DNA from: Candidatus Aenigmatarchaeota archaeon
Lineage (GTDB): Archaea > Aenigmatarchaeota > Aenigmatarchaeia > QMZP01
NCBI GenBank assembly: GCA_043824495.1
Contig: JBDRSV010000024.1
Span: forward strand, 64,001 to 128,000
Reading direction: 5' to 3'
DNA length: 64,000 bases
The notes under the pieces were generated by a model. It was given only the letters and a program-made list of their open reading frames with translations. It did no database searches and was not told where the DNA came from. Made by a program: the position numbers and the translations under genes. Position 1 is the first letter of the stretch, and each line of letters opens with the position of its first letter. Below, piece by piece: positions 50,862 through 59,723 of the stretch.

Positions 50862-50869
50862 TATATAAA
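50862..50869 (-). promoter_or_regulatory. Candidate archaeal TATA box (TTTATATA) pointing into island 4
   Basis: Lies about 25-30 nt before the AT-to-GC transition at about 50835; weak because the region is AT-rich and near-palindromic. Confidence 0.35.
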
Positions 50870-51004
50870 TGTAATTTAATTACTTAAATAGGTTGATGGA
50901 TAGCTTTAAAAAGGTACTATTAAAATTATTTTTTTGTGAAGGGATCGATATACCAAGTGCTTCCAAAAATAAAGAGTAGAAAAAAATAAGAGTGAAAAAA
51001 GCAA

Positions 51005-53047
51005 TTAACCAATGAATTCAACCTTTTCAAAACTGCCGTTTTCTTCAAATTTGTCTAATGTTGATACGAAAATTATTACTTTTTTCTTGTCTTCTTTACA
51101 GATTCTAGCTGCTTGTTGTATTACCATGTTCTTGATTCTGTCTGAAGCACATATGAAATGATTGCTTTGTTTCAAGTCCTGATAAATTAATTCTCTATCA
51201 TCTGTGTCTTCAACCATTATAGTTAATTCTTTTCCATCGTTCTGTAAATATATTCTGTTACCTTCTTGTTCACTCTTCCATCCGACTTCATTAAAGGTCT
51301 GCATGATACCTGTTAAGTTCAATTCTTTTTTCTGTGTTGAGTTACCAAATTTATTAGTGAAAACTTTCTCTCCTATATTTGTAAGAAAGTAATAACATAA
51401 TCTATTCTTCTTAACTTTAGCATCAGCTGAATCAACTAATCCGTTATAAGTTAAGTTCTCAACCTTTTTCTTGAAAGTTGCTCCTGACATTTTTACATTT
51501 GTGTATATCTGAGATGTGTAAGCAGCACTACCATTACCAATGGTTTTCATCATAGCCCACTCTTGTTCTCCTAAATCCTCAATTGGAAGAGAGTTTATGA
51601 ATTCTTCTTCCTTTACTGGAGGAGGTGAGTAGCTATCTTCTTTAGCTATTCTGTCTTTCATGTGCTCTCTGATATCATCATCTACAATAGAGTTCTTAAC
51701 CAGTTTAGCCTTGTCGAATTTTACAAGGAATGGTTCTGGGAAATTCATAGAGTGTCTCAAAAGCATGAAACCGTGACCTACTGGCAGTCTTCTTAGATAC
51801 TTACCTTCTTCTCTAGAATCAAGACCAAGCATGTTTGAAGCGTCTTGAATATCTGAAGTATGTTTTGTATCCAAACCTAGATTCATGTATATATGAGTAG
51901 AAGTATTACCAATTGCTGGATATGAAACTAAAGATGGATGCTGATCTATGTATATCATTCCTAATCCTAATTCTCTAATTTCTCTAAATATTAATTCTAC
52001 AACGGTTTCTGATCCTAATTTGGCAGATTTTTCTCTGTTAAGAACATGATGAGCTTCTTCCATCACTATACATCCTATGACTTCTTCTTTTCCGCCTTCT
52101 ACGAGTAACCAATCTCTTATCCACTGTAGAATTATTTCTATGATAAAGCTCTTATCATTAACATCAAGAGCATCTAATTCTAGAATTGTTACCTTTCCTT
52201 TCTTGAAGAAATCAGATGGTTTTATACCTTCTACACAGTCGAATATATGACCTGTGTCTTTGAAGCATAATGACTCTAATGGTCTTTCAGCTGTTGCTAA
52301 CCAGTTTCTTTCTCTTGTTGGCAGCTTACCTTCTGCATATTCTGCTAAGTAATCTTTAAGGTCAAACAGTGTTGGATTTTTCTTTTCCTTGAAAACTCCA
52401 TCTAAAGCTTTCAAGATTACGTGTCTTCCACCACCGAGTAACCAGTAAGAATGATCGAATATTGAAGAGAACTCTTTCATCCACTGTGTTTGACTAATTC
52501 CTTTAGGACCTTTCAGTGGATTGAATTTGAAAGGAGCTACGCCTCTTCCGATTGTGTAAATATCTATTTTGTCTTTAATTTTAGTTGATAGTAAATCTTT
52601 ATAATTTCTCTTAGAGAAATCAAATATCAAAACAGGAATATCCTTTTCTGCTAATTCTTCAATTAAGTTATATGAAATATTTGTTTTACCATAACCAGAT
52701 GAACCAAATATTCCTATATGTGTAAGTAAGTTTTTCTCTTCTAGCATGATTGGATATAAACCCTTTCTTCCGTATAAAACATCACCTAATCTAATTGTTC
52801 CTTTAGCTGCTGCTTCTTGGCTAGGAGGTTCCATTAGTACTGTATCTCTTAGATCTTCATCAGCAGAAACTGCGGCTTTTATAACATCAAGTAGTTCGAA
52901 GATTCTTTGTCTTACATCTTCGTTTCCAACTAAGTAAGCTTTACTTAATCTCAAAGCTTTGTCTTTACCCAAGATTGGAGTAAGCTTCTTAATTTCATCT
53001 GCAATTAGTTTTTCTTGAATATTAATCATTTGTACCACCCAAATCAT
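51005..53047 (-). CDS. HerA/VirB4/TraD-like ATPase with C-terminal winged-HTH-like region
   Basis: Walker A GSSGYGKT, Walker B IVMEEAH, REIRELGLGMIYIDQHPS. Confidence 0.8.
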   Translation of the reverse strand: MIWVVQMINIQEKLIADEIKKLTPILGKDKALRLSKAYLVGNEDVRQRIFELLDVIKAAVSADEDLRDTVLMEPPSQEAAAKGTIRLGDVLYGRKGLYPIMLEEKNLLTHIGIFGSSGYGKTNISYNLIEELAEKDIPVLIFDFSKRNYKDLLSTKIKDKIDIYTIGRGVAPFKFNPLKGPKGISQTQWMKEFSSIFDHSYWLLGGGRHVILKALDGVFKEKKNPTLFDLKDYLAEYAEGKLPTRERNWLATAERPLESLCFKDTGHIFDCVEGIKPSDFFKKGKVTILELDALDVNDKSFIIEIILQWIRDWLLVEGGKEEVIGCIVMEEAHHVLNREKSAKLGSETVVELIFREIRELGLGMIYIDQHPSLVSYPAIGNTSTHIYMNLGLDTKHTSDIQDASNMLGLDSREEGKYLRRLPVGHGFMLLRHSMNFPEPFLVKFDKAKLVKNSIVDDDIREHMKDRIAKEDSYSPPPVKEEEFINSLPIEDLGEQEWAMMKTIGNGSAAYTSQIYTNVKMSGATFKKKVENLTYNGLVDSADAKVKKNRLCYYFLTNIGEKVFTNKFGNSTQKKELNLTGIMQTFNEVGWKSEQEGNRIYLQNDGKELTIMVEDTDDRELIYQDLKQSNHFICASDRIKNMVIQQAARICKEDKKKVIIFVSTLDKFEENGSFEKVEFIG

Positions 53048-53570
53048 TAAAGATCTTTAAGATCTTATTTTCTGTTTGTAGTTGTTCCAGGAGCTCTCTT
53101 AGCTCTGTTTTTAATTCTAATCCATCTCTCCAAAAAAGAATATTTTCTTGTCTTTTTTCTTTTCTGAGAATAGAAACATCAAGTTTGAAATTTCTCTTTT
53201 CATCGATGTCTGTGATATGATTCATCATATCGTCTTTTTCTTCGATGTCTTCTTCAATTTCTTTTAAGAATGTTTTGTGGAGAACTTCTCTTTCTTTCAT
53301 AGTGTTTTCAATTTCACTAACTCTTATTTGCAAGAATTCTACTTTATCGAATAAGCTTCCAATAACTAGAGGATCATCTCTTTTTAGAGCAGTGAGTTTA
53401 CTTTCTTCAAATCTTGGCATTGATCTTTTCTTAATAATTTGAACTTCTCTAACTTCGGGTTCATCTAGATCAATCTCATCATGTCTAATTAAAGACTCAC
53501 GTCTTCTCTTTTTTGTAATGTCTTCATACTCGTCAAGAGTTTTATAATAGGGTTCCATTAATCTGTCCAT
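53022..53570 (-). CDS. Coiled-coil hypothetical protein
   Basis: Glu/Lys/Leu heptad-rich; overlaps the ATPase start, so probably co-transcribed. Confidence 0.7.
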   Translation of the reverse strand: MDRLMEPYYKTLDEYEDITKKRRRESLIRHDEIDLDEPEVREVQIIKKRSMPRFEESKLTALKRDDPLVIGSLFDKVEFLQIRVSEIENTMKEREVLHKTFLKEIEEDIEEKDDMMNHITDIDEKRNFKLDVSILRKEKRQENILFWRDGLELKTELRELLEQLQTENKILKIFNDLGGTND

Positions 53571-54432
53571 AATAATTACCTCGAGTGACCATTTGTCACT
53601 ATCTGATAGTTAAAATATGTATAAAGGGTTTATAAAGCTTTCGGTTAGCTTGCAGTGTGCTGTTTTTGAGCGTAAAAATCGTGTACGAAAGACAATTTTC
53701 TTGGGTTTCCATGACTTTTGTGCCAACGAAAGACATATTCTGTCTTTAGTAAGAGAGTTAATAAAGATTTCTGTCTCGCGCCTTATAAAGGATCCGAATT
53801 GGATATTTTATATAGTAATTAATTACTATTGTAGAGATCTTTATTTACTTAAGTCTTTACATAAATAATTCTCAAATACTTTTTGTCTTTGCTAAAGTTT
53901 AATGCAGATTTTCCTCGAAACTTTTGTGGAAATTCTTGAAATCAAATGTCTTCTAGTTTTGCTAGAGCTTTTGAAGACATGGAAACTCTCATAAAACCCC
54001 AACCGAAAAGTATTTAAACCCTTTGACTATAATTTCACTATAGATTAGTGACAACAAATTAAGAAATGTCTGAGTTATGTGTGGTGTCAAATCCTACATA
54101 ACTATCTTTACAATCTACGCAACTTTGAATAAAAAGAATTTCGGGTTAAACTCGCAATTCTAAACTCAGAGAAATTGAGTGCACAGGAATTTAGGCGCGG
54201 CCTAAAATCCCCATAAGAAATCCAAAAAAATGACACGCTTTGTGTCAAAAAATGTGATTTGAGGGGGTTTGATTTCCTTAGCTCTGAGTATCTACTTTTC
54301 GAAAACCACGAAGACTCGCGTAACAATTCTAAGCAATAAATATAGTGAAATTCCAGACTTCTGTAGACTTTCGCTGTCTGACATAGAAATTAACAAGTTG
54401 ACAATAAACGGAAACTTCTGGGAGGGATTGTC

Positions 54433-54795
54433 ATGAGAAATATCATGAGCTGTGTTTTCCTGCTGCTCACATTATTCCTGGTGAGTTGTGCGAAAAGTGG
54501 TCCGGAGCTGGGGAGTGATATCCGGATCAGTGGAACAATCGTCGACATGAGCGAAGGAGGTAGTAGGGATTTCCTGATCCAGTCCGGAGGAAAACTCTAC
54601 CATTTCGGTACTCGACTGCAATTTAAATGGAGTAAACTTCGTGCGGGACATTACGTCACCGTGGATGGGAAGTTTGGGGGACCGTGCGAGGAAGCCTCAA
54701 TGTTCAGACGCTACATGTACGACGACGAAGGGAACTTCATCAAGTCCCTCGAGGTCTATGACATCATCCATGTTTCGAACGTGGAGAGGCAGTGA
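54433..54795 (+). CDS. Putative lipoprotein
   Basis: LLLTLFLVS-C lipobox; SD ggaggga. Confidence 0.65.
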   Translation: MRNIMSCVFLLLTLFLVSCAKSGPELGSDIRISGTIVDMSEGGSRDFLIQSGGKLYHFGTRLQFKWSKLRAGHYVTVDGKFGGPCEEASMFRRYMYDDEGNFIKSLEVYDIIHVSNVERQ

Positions 54796-54924
54796 TCCCA
54801 CTGAGTTCATCCAATTCATCGGGTGGACCCAGATGAGATTATTGTCTAAAGGCTAAATCAGCAGGCCTTGAATTGTTGGTAGGGATCATTGGAAGATTCC
54901 CAAAAACATGGCAAGGAGGGCAAC

Positions 54925-55077
54925 ATGTCGCAGGGAACCAAAAACACCAAAGACACAGGAACAAGAGCGTTTCTGGTTATCGACGGAACTACAGGAGACC
55001 TCATTCCTGTGAAAGCATCGTCTGGACGAAAAGCTGAGCAAATCGCCGGCAGCGTAACCAGACAATCCCGCAAATAA
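54925..55077 (+). CDS. Small hypothetical protein (50 aa)
   Basis: SD aaggagg before ATG 54925 (MSQGTKNTKD...). Confidence 0.45.
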   Translation: MSQGTKNTKDTGTRAFLVIDGTTGDLIPVKASSGRKAEQIAGSVTRQSRK

Positions 55078-55295
55078 AATTACCCACTGTGAATTCCCCA
55101 GGAGTATCATCCGCCCGGAAGATACTCTGTTCTCCCCCATACTACCATAGGCCACACGGAGCTCATCAGGTTTTCACTTGGTGGGCTCCAGTGAGATCTT
55201 TGGTGGTTAACGTTCCATAACCGTTTCATTCACAACCTTTTGCCGACCTTGTCTGCATTGCAGCTCAAGGAAGTGTGTAAAGGAAGGAGAGTGTC

Positions 55296-55997
55296 ATGTT
55301 ATTGCATGTAACAGTAATAAGCCGCGGAGACAGAACAACGATCGATGTTCCCAGAACAGAATTCAACTGGGATACCAATCAATGTCGCGTAGTTGAAGGT
55401 GCAGAGGAAGCTGAAAGAAATCTCGGGGTGGCGGAGAATCTCGAAATCCGTAAACCCGCGGCTTACCAGGGACCCTATTTATACTGTATTGTAGAGGTGG
55501 GGTTCGAGGAAATTTGTTTTCCCCCGACTTTCCTCAAGTGGATCGAGAATGTTCCCGAGGATGAGAAAAGAGCCATCCTTATCGTTCCCACCAAAACCAT
55601 CCGAAAGGCCGATGATAGTCACTATATGGGATCTATAGATCGTTATAGGTATTATCCTCATGGTGAAGTCTTCCTGATTGGTCGCAGAATCATCGTGAGG
55701 AACATCTACCTATCACCTGATAACATCAAGATGGTGGTGGATAAAATCCTTGCCCGACTGAGTGACGGCCTGTTCCTCCGGTTGGCCTTTGAGTTTCTCC
55801 AGGCTACGCCGATCAGTGACAATCCTACGGTGACTGGAGAACATATCACCATGTTGGATAATCTCTTCACGGGGACGCGTTCCCTTCGGAGAGGAGATTC
55901 AACTCGTCGCGAACGGTTCAATCATGTTCGGGCCGTGATTGGACATATGGCCAAACACGGGATAGTTCTGTCTGGCAAGATCGAACCCGTGAAGTAA
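55296..55997 (+). CDS. Hypothetical protein
   Basis: 233 aa, SD aaggaaggag. Confidence 0.7.
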   Translation: MLLHVTVISRGDRTTIDVPRTEFNWDTNQCRVVEGAEEAERNLGVAENLEIRKPAAYQGPYLYCIVEVGFEEICFPPTFLKWIENVPEDEKRAILIVPTKTIRKADDSHYMGSIDRYRYYPHGEVFLIGRRIIVRNIYLSPDNIKMVVDKILARLSDGLFLRLAFEFLQATPISDNPTVTGEHITMLDNLFTGTRSLRRGDSTRRERFNHVRAVIGHMAKHGIVLSGKIEPVK

Positions 55998-56050
55998 TCA
56001 ACGGCTTGGAAACCAAGTCAAATCAACGACAATGAAAGTTGAGGTGTAAT

Positions 56051-56371
56051 ATGAATAGGCGAATACAGAGTATGATTGTGATGACTGCGACTTTGATAGC
56101 TGTTGCAGTCTTTCTCCAAGTCTCACAGCTTCACGCGGCACATTTGATGGCAACCGCAATTGCAATTGCGGTTGTGGTGATGATCGTTGTTAACATGGGA
56201 AGAGTTCCCAACACTCGGCAGAAGTTTCGGAACTTCTCTGTCGGAGCCGTTTTCGGGAGCATCTTCCTGTGGGAGTTGTTCAAGGTTACGTTCTTGAATC
56301 ACCCTGCGGCTCTTTGGAGTGTGGTTGTACTCGGAGCTGCGGCAGTCTCATTTCTGACGTTCCGCCGGTAG
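56051..56371 (+). CDS. Four-TM small membrane protein
   Basis: SD gaggtg; hydrophobic. Confidence 0.65.
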   Translation: MNRRIQSMIVMTATLIAVAVFLQVSQLHAAHLMATAIAIAVVVMIVVNMGRVPNTRQKFRNFSVGAVFGSIFLWELFKVTFLNHPAALWSVVVLGAAAVSFLTFRR

Positions 56372-56385
56372 TACTGAAGTTCACC

Positions 56386-56433
56386 GGGGATCCCGATCAA
56401 TCTGGTTGGGATCCCCTCAACCTGACAATAAAC
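56386..56433 (+). repeat. Intergenic repeat family A, copy 1 (GGGGATCC hairpin plus TGACAAT)
   Basis: 41/48 nt identical to 57297-57344. Confidence 0.85.
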
Positions 56434-56442
56434 TGTTGTTAA

Positions 56443-57288
56443 ATGTTCCATTACACCAAGGAGGGCGCAATGCGTCACCAACGTTTCATCACCACAGTAC
56501 TGGCACTCATGTTCTTGACTGTGCCGGCAATGTTCAGCAGTGCGGTTCTGGCCGATCCGATTTCATCCGGAGACGGTCAAATGTATGTGGTCCAACAGGG
56601 AGATTGGTTGACGCGGCCGATCATCCCGACACTCTACTCGGATGTGTTGAAGCCAGGCGACTTGAAGAGTGCTCTCTGGATCGCTGACATCTTCGATACA
56701 CTCAACATTAACATCACCCACCGCGACAAAATTCGGGCGTATGATACCATCATGGCGCCGTCATTCGCGGCGTTGAAGAAGTACAAACATCTCGCACCCG
56801 CCGACGTGGTCATCAACCTGTTCGCCACGTATGATATCGCGTCCATGGAACTTGTGGACGCCGAGTTTGTAAGAAAGCGCATCGAGGACTTTGAGGGTAC
56901 TTACTGGTACAAAAATCGAGCCGCGTGGGCCCGAATTTTCGGAGTCGGTAATGGCACGTATGTCTGCGGTGACACCGTGATGCCGTTCTCATGGTTCATG
57001 AGCTGCAATACGGACGGTAATACGGGAATGACTATCTCCATCTCCATGGACGAAGGAGATCTCACCGCAGTTCGCAAGGTTCCAGGTACACGTAACGGAT
57101 TCTGGGGAGCCAGTCGTGACAATAAGTTCACATACGTGGGCTTCGGCAACGACTGGATCGATCGTTGCGACTGGAATGACGAGACCGAGAGCTGGGACAT
57201 TCCACCAGTTCTGAATGAGATCGTCGGAACTCTCAACAACTTTCCATTCGTCCAGTATATGACCGTCGTCGCGTACGAACTGGAATAG
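56443..57288 (+). CDS. Secreted hypothetical protein (paralog of 57350..58714)
   Basis: Signal peptide; shared GNG-x-Y...F-x-W...NTDGN motif; likely start ATG 56470 after SD aaggaggg. Confidence 0.7.
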   Translation: MFHYTKEGAMRHQRFITTVLALMFLTVPAMFSSAVLADPISSGDGQMYVVQQGDWLTRPIIPTLYSDVLKPGDLKSALWIADIFDTLNINITHRDKIRAYDTIMAPSFAALKKYKHLAPADVVINLFATYDIASMELVDAEFVRKRIEDFEGTYWYKNRAAWARIFGVGNGTYVCGDTVMPFSWFMSCNTDGNTGMTISISMDEGDLTAVRKVPGTRNGFWGASRDNKFTYVGFGNDWIDRCDWNDETESWDIPPVLNEIVGTLNNFPFVQYMTVVAYELE

Positions 57289-57296
57289 TTGTTACA

Positions 57297-57344
57297 GGGG
57301 ATCCTGACCAATTCGGTTGGGATCCCTTCAACTTGACAATTAAC
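57297..57344 (+). repeat. Intergenic repeat family A, copy 2
   Basis: See copy 1. Confidence 0.85.
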
Positions 57345-57349
57345 GTAAC

Positions 57350-58714
57350 ATGTTAACAATGAATACCAACAGAGAAGGAGAAAGTCAAATGTGTAACATC
57401 ATCATCCGTACCATCGTGGCACTGGCACTCATGGTTCTGATCGTGCCGGCCATCACCAACATCGCAATTGCGGACGGAACGCCGTGTGGTCTCACCGTAG
57501 GTAATGGCAACGACATCGATCGCGACTTCGTTGCATTCCTCAACAAAGAAGGAATCAGATGGTTAACAATCGAGGAATTCGTTGAGTGCTACTCCCAACT
57601 GATCGGTCCAGGTAGTACCATGTTGAGCACCACTCGGGGATATGGCTGGGGATATATTGACGTTCCTTTCAAGTTTGGCGATTCGGTCGCGTCTATAGTG
57701 AACATGGAGATCATGCCAGGCGTCCGGATCAATATGGCTTGGGATCAAGCGGTCATCTTCTACAAATATGCGAATAATCATGGAATGCATATTCTGAAGA
57801 AGACGGAGAATGACCGTGAGGTTCCGGCCTGGAGCGGCTTGATTGATGAAGCTACGGTGCGTCAACATGTCAACGGCTTCGAAGTGTCCGCGCAGATTCC
57901 GAGTGATGTTCTGGAATCGGATGTTGCGATTATCCGGATGCGAGATTTAAAGGACGCCTACTTGGCCGAGAACACCGACGTTATCGAGTCTTACCTCATC
58001 GAGAAGTTTGACCTCGACGACGATTCCGAGCCGTATTCTGACAATCGGCCAAATATATTTCATCGCAGTGGCGAAGTCTTACTGGACTCGGAGATGTTCT
58101 TCGTGTATGAAGGTCTGGAAATTCTCAATCTCATCATCAATGATCGGTGGATTGGTGTACGATTCCCCGGATCGACCTATATCCACTTCATCAACATCGG
58201 ACCGAGAAAAGTCCACGACTTGAATGCCAACTTCGTCGAGACGAAAACTCCGAACAACACCGGCGGTCAGATCAGTATCCCGCAGGATGTGATCGAAAAG
58301 ATGACGTGGATCGATTCCGTCTATTCGGATAGGATGTCCCCGAATCCGATGTTAGGTTTCGGAAACGGTGAGTACCTGGCGAGCTCTGGGATCGTTTCGT
58401 TCGCGTGGGTTGCCTGGACCAACACCGATGGCAACCTCCAGTTCTATCTCAATGTTCTCCTTAACATTGATCATCAGGTGACGATCGAGACTGTGTCTCA
58501 CTACGGTGGGCCTGATGTTTGGAGGGCGTGGAGTCCGAATCAGACCTGCACAGAGGTGGAGACTGGAAACGGCTGGTGTTATATTCACTGTTCCCAGTCG
58601 GAAAGTGGACCTCGAATCTGCGACTATAGACAAGCCTTGGACGATGCAGTCGCGGCGTTCAATGGCATCGATTTCTTCACGAACATGAAGGTGATCATGT
58701 ACACGGTGAAGTAA
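57350..58714 (+). CDS. Secreted hypothetical protein (paralog of 56443..57288)
   Basis: Signal peptide (MCNIIIRTIVALALMVLIVPA...); likely start ATG 57389 after SD aaggag. Confidence 0.7.
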   Translation: MLTMNTNREGESQMCNIIIRTIVALALMVLIVPAITNIAIADGTPCGLTVGNGNDIDRDFVAFLNKEGIRWLTIEEFVECYSQLIGPGSTMLSTTRGYGWGYIDVPFKFGDSVASIVNMEIMPGVRINMAWDQAVIFYKYANNHGMHILKKTENDREVPAWSGLIDEATVRQHVNGFEVSAQIPSDVLESDVAIIRMRDLKDAYLAENTDVIESYLIEKFDLDDDSEPYSDNRPNIFHRSGEVLLDSEMFFVYEGLEILNLIINDRWIGVRFPGSTYIHFINIGPRKVHDLNANFVETKTPNNTGGQISIPQDVIEKMTWIDSVYSDRMSPNPMLGFGNGEYLASSGIVSFAWVAWTNTDGNLQFYLNVLLNIDHQVTIETVSHYGGPDVWRAWSPNQTCTEVETGNGWCYIHCSQSESGPRICDYRQALDDAVAAFNGIDFFTNMKVIMYTVK

Positions 58715-58999
58715 AGCCGAACGCCACGAATTACTAATCCGCTCTTCTTCCCAAAGAAGTGTGGCTAGTGTGAAAGGAGTATGGGAAGGTTCCACAGTAG
58801 TAGCATCAACGGCAAAAAGTAAAAGACAAAAAAATGAAGGCCAAACCCGAGGAGGAACTCGAAGTGAAGACGAAACGAAGGTCATGCCAATATCCCATTT
58901 CGCCCATGATGGCGACTCATATTCTCATAGTCTGACCGGCCGCCGGCGACGCCACGGGCCTCTTATATAGTTAGCGGGGCCCATCGCCAATGCAGTCAA

Positions 59000-59086
59000 A
59001 ATCCCGGGTAGGCTTCAACCCCTACCCGGGGTTCCAAATGAGCTCATCTAGTTCAGATATTTTCTAGGTGGGCCCATTTGGAATTG
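59000..59086 (+). repeat. Intergenic repeat family B (double hairpin), copy upstream of 59148 ORF
   Basis: AATCCCGGG...CCCGGG-TTCCAAATGAGCTCAT...GGTGGGCCCATTTGGAATTG; matches 59632-59723; start approximate to 1-2 nt. Confidence 0.8.
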
Positions 59087-59147
59087 TAAATGATTGTTGA
59101 CTGTTCAATGAGCGTTCCGAAAGGAACATTGCAAGGAGATTTTTATC

Positions 59148-59612
59148 ATGACACAGCAGATGACATCAGTACCAGATGGTTGGGGCGGAGCAGGTGGCGA
59201 CAGTCTCGGCACAGATGCACTCGAGCTTCTGAAGAAAATGGGATTCGACAATGCAATGGGACAAGCGTTGCTCGGCAGCTTTAATCCACAGGGTTTCGTG
59301 GATGCGCTTCTCACGTTCCGACCGTTCCCGGTTGGCGGAGTCTCTCCCGAAGCTCGGAACGAGAGCAGAGAAGCTCAGTGGATTTATCTCACATGGATCT
59401 TCACCAGTCGGCAGAGAGCCTCCTTTCCCGTCGAAGGGGTGAGTGGCCTTGCTGACTTCGTGGATATTGTCCGGAAAGCACAGAGCGATGCGGACGCGAA
59501 CGAACATGCAGTTCGAATCTTGTCCAGGTTTGGGTGTGTCGATCTCCTCGTTGGTGAAGGTCGGACCTTCTTGCACACGAAAGCCATCGATTTCGCTAAT
59601 TCCCAAACGTAA
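59148..59612 (+). CDS. Hypothetical protein flanked by family B repeats
   Basis: 154 aa, SD aaggag. Confidence 0.6.
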   Translation: MTQQMTSVPDGWGGAGGDSLGTDALELLKKMGFDNAMGQALLGSFNPQGFVDALLTFRPFPVGGVSPEARNESREAQWIYLTWIFTSRQRASFPVEGVSGLADFVDIVRKAQSDADANEHAVRILSRFGCVDLLVGEGRTFLHTKAIDFANSQT

Positions 59613-59631
59613 GTCCGCGACATCACCAACC

Positions 59632-59723
59632 AATCCCGGGAACAAGACAGTTCAATCTGTTCCCGGGTTCCAAATGAGTTCATGTGGTTTGATTTCTTGA
59701 CTAGGTGGGCTCATTTGGAATTG
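59632..59723 (+). repeat. Intergenic repeat family B, copy downstream of 59148 ORF
   Basis: AATCCCGGGAAC...GTTCCCGGG-TTCCAAATGAGTTCAT...GGTGGGCTCATTTGGAATTG. Confidence 0.85.

Noticed and set aside
50915-50955. TTGTGAAGGGATCGATATA and similar weak motif-like strings at 53620-53635 and 63960-63985
   Set aside because: Too many mismatches and no adjacent hairpin to call as motif copies.
53571-54400. Replication origin
   Set aside because: Only scattered GGAAAC-like words, no repeated ORB boxes and no adjacent cdc6/orc1.
54398-57344. TGACAATAAAC as Tn7 TnsB-binding sites
   Set aside because: Sites are isolated rather than clustered at element ends, there are no tns genes, and a -35 promoter element explains them more simply.
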